A stretch of DNA of 64,000 nucleotides from Narcine bancroftii (lineage: Eukaryota): NCBI RefSeq assembly GCF_036971445.1, contig NC_091479.1, positions 75,516,001 through 75,580,000 on the forward strand, read 5' to 3'. The translations under genes were made by a program, and so were the position numbers. Under the pieces are notes generated by a model that worked only from the letters and a program-made list of their open reading frames with translations, did no database searches and was not told where the DNA came from. This document shows positions 37,695 through 51,349 of the stretch, piece by piece. Every line of letters starts with the position of its first letter. Within the stretch, counting starts at the first letter, position 1.

Positions 37695-37789
37695 AATTGG
37701 ATGGCATGGGCTTGTGGGATGAAATGGTCTGTTACCATGCTGTATGTATGTCTAAAGTGGATGTGAGAGAGTTAGGACCATATATAACC

Positions 37790-38310
37790 AACTTTTAAAG
37801 CCTGAGCCCTTCTTCAAGATGTAAGCAAAAAGCAGACAGGCATCTGAATAAAAAGTCTGGGGGAGGAGCACAGGCAAAAGGCAACGATTGAACATGGATA
37901 GGAGGACAGGAGAGGAAAGGTGAGGTTGATCGGGGAAGAGGGGCTGGCTCTGTGAATGTATAGATAAAGGAAAGGAGATAGGGAAAGGGAAGAGGGAGAG
38001 AGTTAGAGGAAAGTAGATAGAGGGATAGGAGAATGGGATAGACAGGATGGGGGGGGCGGAAGGGTGCTAACAGATACCAAAGGCTGACGTTAATGCCATC
38101 TGGTTGCAGGGTGCCCAGACAGAATATGAGGTGTTCTTCCAATCTGCAGGTGGACTCAGTCTGGAAGTGTATGAGACCATGGACAGACATGTCGGCAAGG
38201 GAATCAGGTGGGGAATTGATATGGGTTGCCACTGGGAGATCCCCGCTGTTCTGGCAGATGGAGCTGAGGTGCTCAATGAAGTGATCTCCCAGTCTGCTTC
38301 CATTTCAAAT
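37790..38310 (-). mobile_element. Penelope-like element, GIY-YIG C-terminus and tail
   Basis: ATHINSPPDSLADMSVHGLIHFQTESTCRLEEHLIFCLGTLQPDGINV resembles the end of the Penelope GIY-YIG domain. Confidence 0.8.
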
Positions 38311-39049
38311 CAAGTGAAGTGGTGCAGACTGAGGTGCACAATAACATGACTTTGCCAAGCTACTAACAGGTTAATAACAAAATGCCCTTCTCTTCAGCTT
38401 AAATTGACATTCTTAGCGCAGAAGAGACTTAGGCAGGCTCTTTGTTGTGCATTACACTGCGAATTTAAGATAAAAGAAAGCATGGCAGGAGCCCTGTCAG
38501 ATATCACTTGGGAATAAATACTTCAGTAAATCTTGACAGAACAGAAAATATGCAAGTATGACTGTGTGTGGAATAAATGTGTTTTATCTGTTTTATGTAT
38601 TGGGGATTCAGGAAAATAGCCATAGCCCTTATAAAATGCATCAACAATGGGCTACAGTGGCTTTTTAAAAAATAAAAACGAGACCTAGCACCAAAGAATC
38701 TGTTTGAGATTTTGAGGTTTTAAGGAACAAGTGAACCCTCTTTCTCCACCCAGCCCCTCCATTTTTCTGCATATAATTACAGAACAGGAGGTACACTAGG
38801 ATTCTGAAATGTTGGAGAATAGATGATGGAAGACTTGCAGAACCAAAGAAGGTTGCAGAGATAGTAAAGGGGATTGATAAGGATCAAAGGAAATGGTGTA
38901 AAGCCTCTCATAAAATATTAGATTGCAAAATTTAATTGCAATGCCATAAAATGGGTAAAGGATTGGCAGATAGGAAATAAAGAATAGATATAAACAGGTC
39001 CTATTTCTAGTGTCAGGCTGTATCCAGTTCATTACCGATTGTACAAGTA

Positions 39050-39371
39050 CAGCATGTCCCTGGGTTAAGAATGTTTGACTTAAAGCCAACTTGTACTTAC
39101 AAATGGACTACGCGCGGCTTCAGTGGTTCGTCAACTCGAGGACGGAGAACGTGTCCACCATTTTAAGTCAGATCACGTTGCCATTAACACTTTGTTGAGT
39201 GTGTAACTTTGTATTTGGTTGAATTGTTCTCTTGTGTACCCTTGTAACCATGCCTTCAACGCGTAGATCTATTAAATAAGAACTGTATGTACCTGTTCCA
39301 ACTTATCTACAAATTCGACTTAAAGACAGACTGAAGGTAATGGATCTCATCTGTAACCCGGGGACTGCCTG
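39050..39371. mobile_element. Tc1/mariner (Tigger/pogo-like) MITE
   Basis: TA|cagcatgtccctgggttaaga ... tgtaacccggggactgcctg|TA: imperfect TIRs with a TA duplication. Confidence 0.75.
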
Positions 39372-39633
39372 TATAATCCAACAAAATAGTGTTCTCCGGT
39401 CCTTGGTACAAATTGTGCAAGGACACAACCAGACTTAACACATGTACAGACAAATGATGCATATGCAGTACATATATTAAAATAAATAAATAAATGTTGT
39501 TTTAGATATAGTAGTCAGAATATTAGAATGTGCAGTTCATTCAGTCTCACGGCCATGGAAATGAGCTGTTTCTCATCCTGGTGGTTATGGCTCTAATATG
39601 CTCTGTGCAGAAACAAAGACCTTGAAGAAGTTA

Positions 39634-40120
39634 TGGTAAAATCCCCATTATCTGGAATTCAAACACTGGCAACCTCATGCAACCGGCAAAAAAAAAATTG
39701 CAGAAAATAAACAGGTAAAAAATATGAAAGTTTAAAATTTGATGCCCCCAATAGTCAGTTTGCTAAACGTGCAGCCTGCAAAATCACGCATGTTGGAAAT
39801 GAGCCAAATGTGTGTGCTGTGCATGCGCAATGTGGAATATAAACTTCCACCTCGTTAGATCCAGAGAGGAACGACAGACTCCAGTGTTTTCCCAAATCCA
39901 ATTAGAGACCTATTTATAGTATTTATGAATGCCCTTGGTCCCGATCCCTCTCACACACACGTGAGTGGATTAGTTGATTGATGGCTCAACTAACCGGTAA
40001 CCCCCACTCCTGGCAACGATGGGGTCACTCTGTTTAGGACGTCCCAGGAAAGCAACTGGCAAATTCACTTACCCAGCATCTACCAATCCCCATAGGTGCT
40101 GGATACCAGGGGTTTTACTG
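39634..40120. mobile_element. Tc1/mariner-type MITE
   Basis: TA|tggtaaaatccccattatctgg ... ctggataccaggggttttactg|TA. Confidence 0.65.
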
Positions 40121-41058
40121 TACTTCGTTGCTGTGGTGATATTTAATGTAATCAGTAATCAACACAGTCCAACTGGAAGCTAAGATTAAATTTGTACAAA
40201 TTATTAATCTATTCAATGTAATGGCAATAAATAGGATATTGACTGGAGTCAGCTTTAAGGAACATTGGATTCACACTTTCTCATAATTCTTTAGAAATTT
40301 GCTGAAAGTGGTCAATAGTCCATTCATTCTTACTCAGATATAGTGTTGGAAGGTTGTTGATTAAGAGAAATGACTGGAATACACTGTAGTGACGTGGTGG
40401 GGTTGAAATGACACTTGCAACTTCAGTTTCAAATTTAATGGATTGATTTAAGAGTTGCAGGATTAGTCTGGTCAGGACATCTCTGCAGCAGTTAGAAACA
40501 CTGTTTATGGTTCTTCATAAGACCTTATGACCTTTAGAATGAAGCATTATTGTGTGTGTTTAGTTCCATATGCAGAGATCAATCAGTAGAATTGAGGTTT
40601 GAAATCTATTAGCAATGTGGATCTGCCAAAGGACTTTCTGGTTTTTTTGGCTATCTATGTGCATTTCTGTATCCCCTTCTTGACAGCCCAGAAACAAGCT
40701 GAAGAAGCATCTTGGATGAAGATTGTAGGTTGTCTGGTTTGTGAAGAAATAAATGTGTGTTTCACTGCTCTACAGAAGTTTAGGCTCATTATCCATTTGA
40801 TGCATGTTGATTTATTTTTGCATATTGATTTTTAATTTACAGTTTCTATCTCGTCTCCTTATTCCGGAAGAGGGCAATATTTAATAAGTTAATGCTACGT
40901 TAGTCAATCATGGTGAGATAGCCAATATTCCAATAGACTTGATAATGATCAACTTAATGGCAAAATCTGCTCAAATAATGGCTTGTAGGGGTGGTTCTCA
41001 GAATGTGCTAGAAATATTGAAAAGGGCAGGCAGCAGATGTGAAGAAAGAATCAGAGGG

Positions 41059-42217
41059 CCCTTTTACACTGCCCGTGAAAGATGGTAATTACTCACCTTT
41101 TTACTGTTTCAACGGTGTGAAGGCGACCAAGATGGAATGGGGGGGTAATTTTCATCCCAGTACTTGCCCACCAAGGTAGGTAGTATCAGATTGACTCCAC
41201 ATTGGCTCCATTGTAGAAGGTTTACCCGTCTTCCCCAGACGCCAATACTATAATGCTGCAGGTTCACCTCCTTTTGCACTGGGAGGCTGGGTCTCTATGC
41301 AAAAAGTCGCACTGAACCACCTTTTCTTGGTTCAGTGTGAATGCTCCAATCTGACCCAACCCAATTTCAAACACGGATTGTTGACATGCCAATTTAGTGG
41401 GGTCTTCAACCAGCTTATCTATCTCAGCTGCACCATTTCATCAGATGCAAGGATCGACAATGAGATAGACAACAGACTCGCCAAGGCAAATAGCGCCTTT
41501 GGAAGACTACACAAAAGAGTCTGGAAAAACAACCAACTGAAAAACCTCACAAAGATCAGCGTATACAGAGCCGTTGTCATACCCACACTCCTGTTCGGCT
41601 CTGAATCATGGGTCATCTACCGGCATCACCTACGGCTCCTAGAACGCTTCCACCAGCGTTGTCTCCGCTCCATCCTCAACATCCATTGGAGCGCTTTCAT
41701 CCCTAACGTCGAAGTACTCGAGATGGCAGAGGTCGACAGCATCGAGTCCACGCTGCTGAAGATCCAGCTGCGCTGGGTGGGTCACGTCTCCAGAATGGAG
41801 GACCATCGCCTTCCCAAGATCGTGTTATATGGCGAGCTCTCCACTGGCCACCGTGACAGAGGTGCACCAAAGAAAAGGTACAAGGACTGCCTAAAGAAAT
41901 CTCTTGGTGCCTGCCACATTGACCACCGCCAGTGGGCTGATATCGCCTCAAACCGTGCATCTTGGTGCCTCACAGTTTGGCGGGCAGCAACCTCCTTTGA
42001 AGAAGACCGCAGAGCCCACCTCACTGACAAAAGGCAAAGGAGGAAAAACCCAACACCCAACCCCAACCAACCATTTTTCCCCTGCAGCCGCTGCAACCGT
42101 GTCTGCCTGTCCCGCATCGGACTTGTCAGCCACAAATGAGCCTGCAGCTGACGTGGACTTTTACCCCCTCCTTAAATCTTCGTCCGCGAAGCCAAGCCAA
42201 AGAAGTGTAAAAAGGGG
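41059..42217. mobile_element. Putative MITE interrupted by an RTE copy
   Basis: Left terminus cccttttacact (41059-41070); its reverse complement agtgtaaaaagggg lies at 42204-42217, right after the RTE tail. Confidence 0.5.
41406..42205 (+). mobile_element. RTE-clade LINE, 5'-truncated, little diverged
   Basis: Open frame YLSCTISSDARIDNEIDNRLAKANSAFGRL...CSRCNRVCLSRIGLVSHK; same tail as the other copies. Confidence 0.93.
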
Positions 42218-42359
42218 TAAGAAATAACATTTCAGATCAGTGACCTATCATCAACATTATGAAATGTTAGAAAACAAGCTTGTTTTATGTTGCAAAGAAA
42301 GTAAAGGGGTGAAGGGAACGAAAGGGGAGGCATGTGATAGAATGGAACCAATTGTTCCA

Positions 42360-42600
42360 CAGTGGTGCAGCTCGTACTACAGGGCACATGGGACAGCAGA
42401 GGGCAGCAGTTTTCTTCATGACACCAGCGATCTGGTTCAATCCTGACCGCAGAGATGCTGCCTATGTGCAGTTTACTCCTAGTTGTTGTGACGGCATGCA
42501 TTTCCTCTAGGTGCTCTGGTTTTCTCCCTAATGCTGGTTGACTATAAATTGCCCTCAGTGTAAGTCGGTGGCAGAATAATTGGGGGAAATTAATGAGGCT
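42360..42600 (+). mobile_element. Diverged V-SINE-like element
   Basis: B-box-like ggttcaatcc and V-domain-like tttcctctaggtgctctggttttctccc. Confidence 0.5.
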
Positions 42601-43027
42601 GCAAAAGGAAGCAGCAGGATTAGGGGAAGTGGCTGGCTGCCTGCTTGTCAACACAGGAGCAGAGGCTGAGGCGTCTCTCGGTGCTCTCTGATTCTGGGCC
42701 TTATGAAGAGTCTTTTCAATAGTTCTATATATATTTCTGAAGCCAAATAGCTGCCAACTTTGTCCTTGAAGTTTGCCTTTCCCTTTTGATTTTTTTTTCC
42801 ATATTTGCAGTCTCTTTGTTTATTCTCACAGTTATTTTTGGTTTATTCTTCGATATCTGTTCAACTTAGCACTTCTTGGCTTTATTCCCAGGTTTTCCAG
42901 CACCCTTCTGTCTATTATTTCTTTCTATGATGTAATCAGTAAGTGTAACTGCTTACTAAAGCTGGATTTTTTTTTGTCCTTTCATCAAAGCTGCTGTTAA
43001 AATACTTGCGTGTCTGCGAAACTGTAG

Positions 43028-43680
43028 CACGGGACTTCCCAAACTTCTTAGGTCGTGGAACCCTTTTGGGGAACACATGGAAATCACGGAACCCCAATCG
43101 TCAATTATAGTTTAAAAGACCAGGGATATACTCAGGCTTAATAAGAAAGTAAATTAACTCACAATTCTCCACGCTGGATTCATTTGTTACCTCTAATTTA
43201 CATTTAATGGGATGAATGAAATAGTTTCTGACAAATAATTTTTATCATTCCTCTGTTTCTTTATAACACTTGATTTTTCTGATAAAAGCATAATTGAAGA
43301 ATCTTCATGAAAAAAACGGTGACACCTCAGTACTTTCTTCAGATGAATTATCTTGTCTCCTAGTTTCTTTTTCAATCTAACGATCTATGGTTCTTAATAT
43401 TGCGCACATGGAATATCTTTAAAATATGGTCAGCTTCACGCCAAAAGAAATTGGATTCTCATTGGTTGAAAATGATCTGCACTGCTGAGGTCAGCCCTTA
43501 TGATGCCATTTTCTTTCTTTAGGCTGGAGTGCACTGTTTGCTGCCGTCCCAGAAACAAATTGAATTAAGGGCACAGGTAATAAGTGATTTAAAGAAAAAT
43601 GGATAGATCATTATTACTCCCTGTCATTTCTTCCGCGGATCCCCTACGCCTTTCCATGGAACCCATTTTGGGAAACCTTG
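43028..43680. mobile_element. Non-autonomous hAT-like element
   Basis: Termini cacgggacttcccaaa ... tttgggaaaccttg, subterminal ggaaccc repeats at both ends, and ctgta in both flanks. Confidence 0.55.
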
Positions 43681-46414
43681 CTGTACCCTGTTCATGCATT
43701 GTGGGGCCTTCGAGGTATGATTATGCAGGCTATTTGCATAATCATCTGTCAAATGAGTAGTGTCATTGGTCTGGTAAACATGCATGTGTAACCTGGCTAT
43801 CATATAAACACTCTGCCTTGTTATTCTTAACATTGTTCAGCATCGAAACTACTCCCAGAAATAACCTACATTTGATCATTTTCACCATCCTGAAACATTA
43901 CCTCCTCTCTCAATTTAGACCCATTGAATATTTCCAGATTTTTTTGCTTCCATTCCAAGTACGTTTGGTGGGCTCGATTGCTGAAAACATTGTTCATCAT
44001 TGCTCGTGATCTGGCAGTCTTCATTTGTCTGTACACGAACAATAAGCTGTTTCATATTCTGATAAAGGAACCATTTGATTCGCAAAAGACACAAAATTAG
44101 CTGGTGTGGGAAATAGAAATATCCCACTGATATAGTAGGGAGAGCTGTTCAGAAATGTTGATTGAGTAAAGACTGGATCCAATCTTAATATAACAGGATA
44201 TGCAGAGGTAAAAGAGCCTGATCTGAACTGTACAGTAATATTGGGTTGCGTCCGATTCTGAGTTTGGCACCTTGGGGCTCTTCTTGATTGAGTAGCCAGT
44301 AGACTATTCCAACTAATCAAGAGATGATGGAAAATTCAAATGGTTACTGATTATTTTGAATGACTTCCAGGAGGTAATTGGTTGAAGACTGCATTGTCCA
44401 ATTCCTTTAGAAACGTTCTCACACATACAGGGGGAAAAAAAATGCAACACCAATGGATTCATTATACAGTAAGCTATTCTCATTGAAGTGAATTGATGAA
44501 GTAATTGAAGTGACCTTATGAGAACCCCCTTAGATTTGGTAATGAGTGGGAGTCACTGTGAATTAGCCCATTCTGTATTCACATTAATGATAGTACAATG
44601 GCAGTTATAGACAGGAAGAAGTGCAAATTAGTATAAATGGAAGTAATTAAGTTTCTGCTTACCAACTCTGACTGCACAATATCTCAGAACTACAGTGTTG
44701 ACGTGGTGGGTTGGAGGGGGCAGGAATGACGCACCTGTGGCAAAGCCAGAGAAGGGATTAAATAATGAAATGTTTCTGCATTTGAGAGACTGGCAAGTAA
44801 AGAGGGGACTGGATTCTCTCTTGGTAACCAGCTGCATTACTGGCACCAACTCTGTGGTAAATAACAGTTTCTTACTCTGCTGTCTGTCAACAATTGTGCA
44901 AAGTATTAATTTGGGAGGTGTGGGTTTGATGTGGAAACCAAATGCTAAAGGCTAAGAGCAGCACCTGGCCCATTGTGTAGCTGGATACTTGGTTTGTAAT
45001 GAAACTTTCAGTGAGAGTAACAAGTGAAAGATCTCAGTCTCTTACCAAACTCAAGGTTAATGTTGGAAACATTCAGTAGGTTAGGCAGCATCTGTGGTGA
45101 AAGAAACCGAGTTAAATACTTTTCATGAGATGTCAGTTCAGTTCTGTTTCTCTTTTGACAGATGTTGATTAAGCTGCTGAGTGTTTCCATCTTTTGGGCA
45201 AATGGGGGCGAAACAATAAGGAGCTTTATGGTGCCATCTATGAAGCCCAGACTTTTCTCCTTGATGGTTACATGATTGTAGCTAGCGACTTCAACCACCC
45301 CACCCTTTCTACCATGGTTTCAACAGCATGTGAACTTCGCCACCAGGTGAGAGAACACCCTAGATTGAGTGTACACCAACATTCCTAGTATGTACAAGGC
45401 TGGCCCGCTACCACTTTGGATACTTAGACCACGTATTCATCCTGCAAACCCCCACCATACGGACCGTTGGAAAAACATCTGAGCTTATGAGTATGCTCTT
45501 TCTTCTTAATGATGTTCATTAGTTTGGAATATTATTAAAAAGAAAGAAAATACTGGAGCACTCAATAATCACTAAGGGACTGCTTGCCCTCCCCTGCTGT
45601 AGAGCATTGGATCATGCTCAGTCAGCAGACCCATAAATGAGACAGAGAGATTCATTTGGTTCTCACTTCACTGCACCCCCACCACAACCCCCTCCCCCTG
45701 ATTTATTGGGATGGCTGTTTAAAGAGGACTCCTACCATCCTGCCTGCAGCATCTTCTAACTATTCCAGCCGGGAAAAAGATAAAGAAGTCTCAGAGCCAG
45801 AGCCACCAAGCTGAGGTACAGCTTCTTCCCCGGGCAGTGAGAATGCTGAATAACTGATGAACTGTGAGGGAAAAAAACTCTCCATGACTCTACTATTTAT
45901 TAATAATATTTATTTTAAATGTACGTGCTGTGTATATGTATTATTTGTGCCTATGTGTTATGTCTGTATGTGTGTTCCACACTGTGGACTGGAGAACACT
46001 GTTTCATTGGGTTGTACCGGTTCAATCAGATGAAAAAATAAAGTTGAACTTCATTTCATATTTCCAGCATCAAAAAAAATTATTAAAATTGAGGGAGTAT
46101 TTTATATTGGCAACATTAGCTGAGGGGCCACCTTTCAAAAGATCAGAAAAGAAATGTTGTCGCATCAAAATTCACACTTTTCCTTTGAACTCCTGTGCTG
46201 ATCCACTGGCTCATCTGCTAAATAATATCTGCCTGCTTGTTTTTTTTGTTTTTCTCAAGACTGTGTGGGCTGTTCCTTCTTGTCAATGCAAACTGCTGTG
46301 TAATTAGCAGTGAGGTGCAGATTGCCAATCAGTTCAATGATATTAAGCAAAAATAATATGTTTATTGGTGAGGCATGGATGCTTGTTTCTCATTGCTGAT
46401 CAGTGAGATGGGAA

Positions 46415-47850
46415 GAATCAGAACACCATGAAATTTGTTGTTTTGTGGCAGCGTTACAGTACAAATATTACTATGAATGACATTTTAAAATAAATAGTGC
46501 AAGAAAATAGGGCAAAGTGAGGTAATGCCTGTGGTTCATTGTCCATTCTGAAATGGCAGAGGGGAAGAAACTGTTGTATGTTACTGGGCATTCATCCCGA
46601 TTGTAGCAGTGTGAAGGGGGCATGGCTTTGTTGTGATGGAGGCTACTTTCTAAGACACCGCCTCTTGTAGATGTCCTTGACGAGTAAAAACTGGTGCCCG
46701 CAATGTCACTGGCTGAGTTAACAACTCTGGAGATTTTTTCCTGTCCTGTGCATTTGGACCTCCATACTAGACAGTGATGCAACCAGGCAGATGCTCTCTA
46801 TAGTATATTCACCTCTAGATTCTTTTGAGAGTCTCTGGTGCCATACCACGTCTCCTCCAACTCATCATGAGATATAGCTGCCTGAGAGACTTTTGTGATT
46901 GGATTGACATTGGGCCCCCCTGGACATATCTTCAGAGAAGTTCACACCCAAGAATTTGGAGCCTTGAGTCTCTTCACTGCTGACCCCTCATTGAGGACTG
47001 GTTTGTATTCTCCTCATTTCCTCCTAAAGTCCACAATCAGCTGCTTGGTTTTACTTGTGTTGAGTGCAAGTTTTCTGTTGTGGCATCACACAACTAGCTG
47101 ATCTATTCTCCATCCTGTATACTTCCTTAATGTCGTCTGTGACAACTGAGGTGTCATTAGCAAATTTGTAGACGGCTTGAATCGTGCCCAGCAACAGAGT
47201 TGTGGGTGTAGAGTGAGTAGAGCAGTGGGCATCCTTGAGGTGCTCCTGTGTTGATCATCAGTGAGGAGGAGATGTTTCCATTTCATACTGACTGTGGTCT
47301 TCTGACAAGGAAGTCAAACATTCAATTGCGATGTGGGGTGCAGAGGCCTATGTTTTGGACCTTGTTGACCAGCACTGAGGGAATGATGGTGTTGGAGGCT
47401 GAGCTGTATTTGATGAAGAGCAGCTGATTGTATGAGTTGTTGCTTTTGAGGTGATCCAGAACTGAGAGGAGAGCCAGTGATATTGTGTCTGCTGTGGAGT
47501 GATTGTGACAATAGGCGATTATAATGGGTCCAGTCCTTTGCTTAGGTACATATTAATTCTGGCCATGACCAGCCTTACAAAGCATTTATCACAGTATATT
47601 TTATTGCTACTGGATGATTGATGCCATTTTGAAGCAGGTGGGAATCTCTGACTGCAGCAATAAGAGATTGAAAATATCCGTGAACACTCTGGCTAGATGG
47701 TTGGGATAGATTTTCAGTACCCTGCCACAGGACCTGTTGCCTTGTGAGGGTTTACCCTCTTCATTGTTGTTCTGACATTGTTATCATAGGGTCATCAGCC
47801 TCTGCAGGAGTTCTCCTCCTCAAGGCGAGCATAAAAGGTGTTCAGCTCAT
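46415..47850 (-). mobile_element. Rex1/Babar-type LINE, degenerate
   Basis: Colinear with 14600-15990 (gtagagtgagtagagcagtgggc, gtgaggaggagatg, agagccagtga). Confidence 0.8.
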
Positions 47851-48194
47851 GGATGGTGAAGCATCATAGCCATTTATGGTGTTCAGCCTCATTGAAGGTC
47901 AATGTCTTCAGAATCCTTGACTGGTATTTGTGTGCTTTGAAATCTTTCTATGGTGTTAATTATGATAAGTGGCAACTTGCAATTCTGCTCAAAATTGATG
48001 AACTGCAAGCTGCAAGATCCTTTTGTAGCCTTGATGATGAGTAAGGTGTGAGCTGCCAATGCATTCTGTTACAGCAGAGAGCATGCAAAGTGCGAAGGTG
48101 AGCTGTAACAAATTGATGATCAATGAGACATGAGCTGCCAATATGAAATGTAGCATTGAAGATTATTAAAACATGGACTGTCAAGGTGGTCTGA

Positions 48195-48253
48195 ACCAAT
48201 TGATGAGGACATATCTGTGCATTTACCATTGATGAGGACATATCTGTGCATTT
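48195..48253. repeat. Tandem duplication of ~30 bp
   Basis: acca(a)ttgatgaggacatatctgtgcattt occurs twice, head to tail. Confidence 0.9.
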
Positions 48254-48451
48254 TAATTGCCTAATGTGGAATTGATGCCTGGTGTGGTGTGGATTGTTGG
48301 TGTGTTTTGGAGAATACTAGGGCACTGAGTAGTGTATGGTAAATGCTCTTTGCAGCAGTTATATTCATGAGGTAAAGACAGTAGATGTTCTCAACCTTGA
48401 TGAGCAATGAAATATGAATTGTCAAAACACTTGATCGTAAGCATCGAACTA

Positions 48452-48773
48452 CAAATCCAGACTCTTCGTGGATTGGGTGGGTCTGGATTTTCGGATTTTC
48501 TGGATTCTTGGGCAGTACTTTTTAACTTTGAGGAATAAAGAAGAGATGAATAGGTACATTTTGATAGCTTATTCATTGGAAAATTCAGCATGGTTCATTG
48601 GTCAAAATGAGCAATTTTAAAGAAAAATAAAGACACCTGTTGCCACTGTGCATCTGTGGCACTTTCTCATGGACGCGCGCACACAAAGCCCACAAAATTT
48701 AAAAAGTTTGAGTATTTTTCATAGTCCAGGTTTTCGGGTGGTCACGACTTGTGGCATCGAGGTTTTTGGACTG
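48452..48773. mobile_element. Putative Tc1/mariner-type MITE
   Basis: TA|caaatccagactcttcg ... cgaggtttttggactg|TA; imperfect TIRs. Confidence 0.45.
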
Positions 48774-49699
48774 TATGCTGCAGCATTAATTGAGGATTGG
48801 ATTTTCAGAACCTTCTACACAATGATGACACGGAGGGGGATGAGTTCGACACATTCTGTGGCAAACGTGATCGCTGAAGTGTCAGTTACCAATGGGTTTT
48901 GTTGCACGGACACGGTGAGGTGTGAACTGTCAAATCACTTGCAACATAAATGAGCAAGGAGATGTGGAATTACGTGTTCAGTATTACTGTAAAAATGTGT
49001 TGCGCAACAGACTGTCAATGAATTCTGCAGCGGGAATAAGCAATGTGTTGCTGTCACCTGATTCCCGTGTATCTTTTTATAACCTTGCTTAGTGGTCAAG
49101 GTTTTCGATTTGCAATTTTTTTTGGTTTAGGATTTTTTTTTTTTCTTTTTATTCTTTTTTTTGATTTCGATAATAAAATAGATAACTATTTTGCTCAATT
49201 GTGAATAATGTAAACATTGATAAAATTATTATAGAAGGAGAAGGAAGGAGAATTGTAAACCTTTTTTGTGGTTAAATCTTATTATTATGAGTGTTTTCTG
49301 GATTTCCTTATTATGAAAATATTGTATAATGTTTTAAATATTTTTCTTGAATCTTGTGGCATATTGTACTGTATAATTATACTGTACAATAATTGTATTG
49401 TACAATTATTCATATTTGTGAAACATCAAAAATATTTGAAAAAGAAAGCAATATGCCGCAGACATCAGTGTGTTCTGCAGCAGTGATATACAGTGTGCTA
49501 CAGACTGCCAACGTAACGGTAGCACGGAGGAGTAATTATTTTTGGAATGACGGAAGCCATTCAGCCCATCAGCCCTGTGTTGTCCTCCAGCAGAGTGATC
49601 CTCAGTCCCATTCCCTCTCTGTTCAATTTCCTGCAACCCCACAACCAAGAAAAAAAACAAACACATTTTCTCTCACCTGCTCACCCCATTGAATTCTTT

Positions 49700-49930
49700 G
49701 CCATTTACCCAAGGGAAGGGAAAAATGATTATCAATGCCACAGCATACTGTGGAAAGTGGAATTGTCAGAATGGGCATTTAAGCAATCATCTCTTTTTGG
49801 GATGTGGGTGGAATCAAGAAGATCTGTCAGAAACACACTTATAACCCTCACACAGACAGCACCCAAGACAAGATTAAACCTTGTCCCCTGGAGATGAGGC
49901 AGCATTAGGAACTGTTGTGCTACCCTGCTA
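49700..49930 (-). mobile_element. Diverged V-SINE-like element
   Basis: tttttgggatgtgggtggaatc...cctcacacagacagcacccaagacaagattaaacc is the reverse complement of a SINE B-box and V-domain. Confidence 0.5.
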
Positions 49931-51349
49931 CAGTAGGTGTTCATCATGGTAAATGCATTAGCAAGTAGTGAGGTGTGGTTTGTCAGAACATTCAGTTGGA
50001 TTGGTGAGCAGTGATTATTAAAGCATTTTGTTTCACCCGTGAACAAAGGAGTGCAGCTGTGCATGGGTTACATGGCCATGGAAAGCAGTGAAGTATTGTG
50101 TCAATTCATTCTTTCCCGCTGATGGTGGTTAATGTATTCGGTGGCATGGACAAAATATGAAGAAATGTGTTCTGTACAGTTGATCAGAACTGAGATGTCG
50201 ATTATGAACGCATATGTAGCAAAGACATGTATTTTGATCTGGTTAGTAAACGTGTTTTGTCACATTAAAGACATTGTCATGCGTGGATTACCCATGCACG
50301 ATCCAGATCACCAGGCATTTTGTGTAATACTGCTGACTTGTGATGTGCAATAAAACACTGATATTCTGAGCTGTGGAATGCCAATCTGTTCTGCACTATT
50401 GATGAGCAGTGCCACTGAGTGCTGTGGCCTGTCAATGGAATCAGTACTGTGGACAAGCAGCGACATTCTGGCAGTGGGGCATTTTGTAACAGTTACGATT
50501 AGCAAAGGGTAAATTAGTTCTGCAACATTGAGCAGCGAGCGGCATACAGTAAATTGGTTTTGTAGCATGATGAGCAATGGGTTTTCTTGCATTGATTAAT
50601 GAACTGCAAACAGTGAATGTACGTGCTCTGTAGGCTTCTAATCACTGTGATACGGTCAATATAATCAAAAGAACTGCTGAGCAATGGGGTGTTGACTAAC
50701 AATGAGTTCTGCACCATGGATGAGCAGAGAGGGTGGATATCAACAGACTGTATTCTGAATTATTGATGGTCATTATGTTTTGCAGCACTGAGGAGCTGGG
50801 TGGGCGACTGGCCAGTCTATTCTCTAATACTGATGAATAGTAAAATGTGAATCATTCTTTCCTGGAGTGTGGGCAGGCATATGGTGAAAGCATTTTGTAG
50901 AATTGATGAGCCATGATGTAGCAATGTATCTGTCGTACATTGTAGTACTGAAGACAAAAAGGGGCAGGCACGAAATGCGTTCTAAAGCTCTGTGATTTGT
51001 GACCGCGAACTGCCAATGTATTCTGCAGTTGGTGTAGATTGTTCAATGCATTTTGTAGCATAAATAATCAATGAGGTGTGGATTTTCAATGCATTTGCAG
51101 CAGAGATGTGGAGATGGCGAATGAATGAGCCCCCCCCATATGATGAAAACAATTTGAGGCATTGATTAACACTAAGGTGTGAATGTTGAGTGTGTTTGCA
51201 AACATTTACAAGAAGTGCATTTTGTAGTACTGTACTGACGAGCACTGAGGTGTACATTGTTTATGAATAATGTTCGTAGATACAGCATGGCAATCAAGCA
51301 TTATATTGGTTTAAATTGTGCGCTCCAGAACTGATGACTTGTAAATACA

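Noticed and set aside
41297-42139. 280-aa ORF (and the 232-aa ORF at 18899) as host genes
   Set aside because: These are 5'-truncated RTE ORF2 ends with chance upstream ATGs from flanking DNA.
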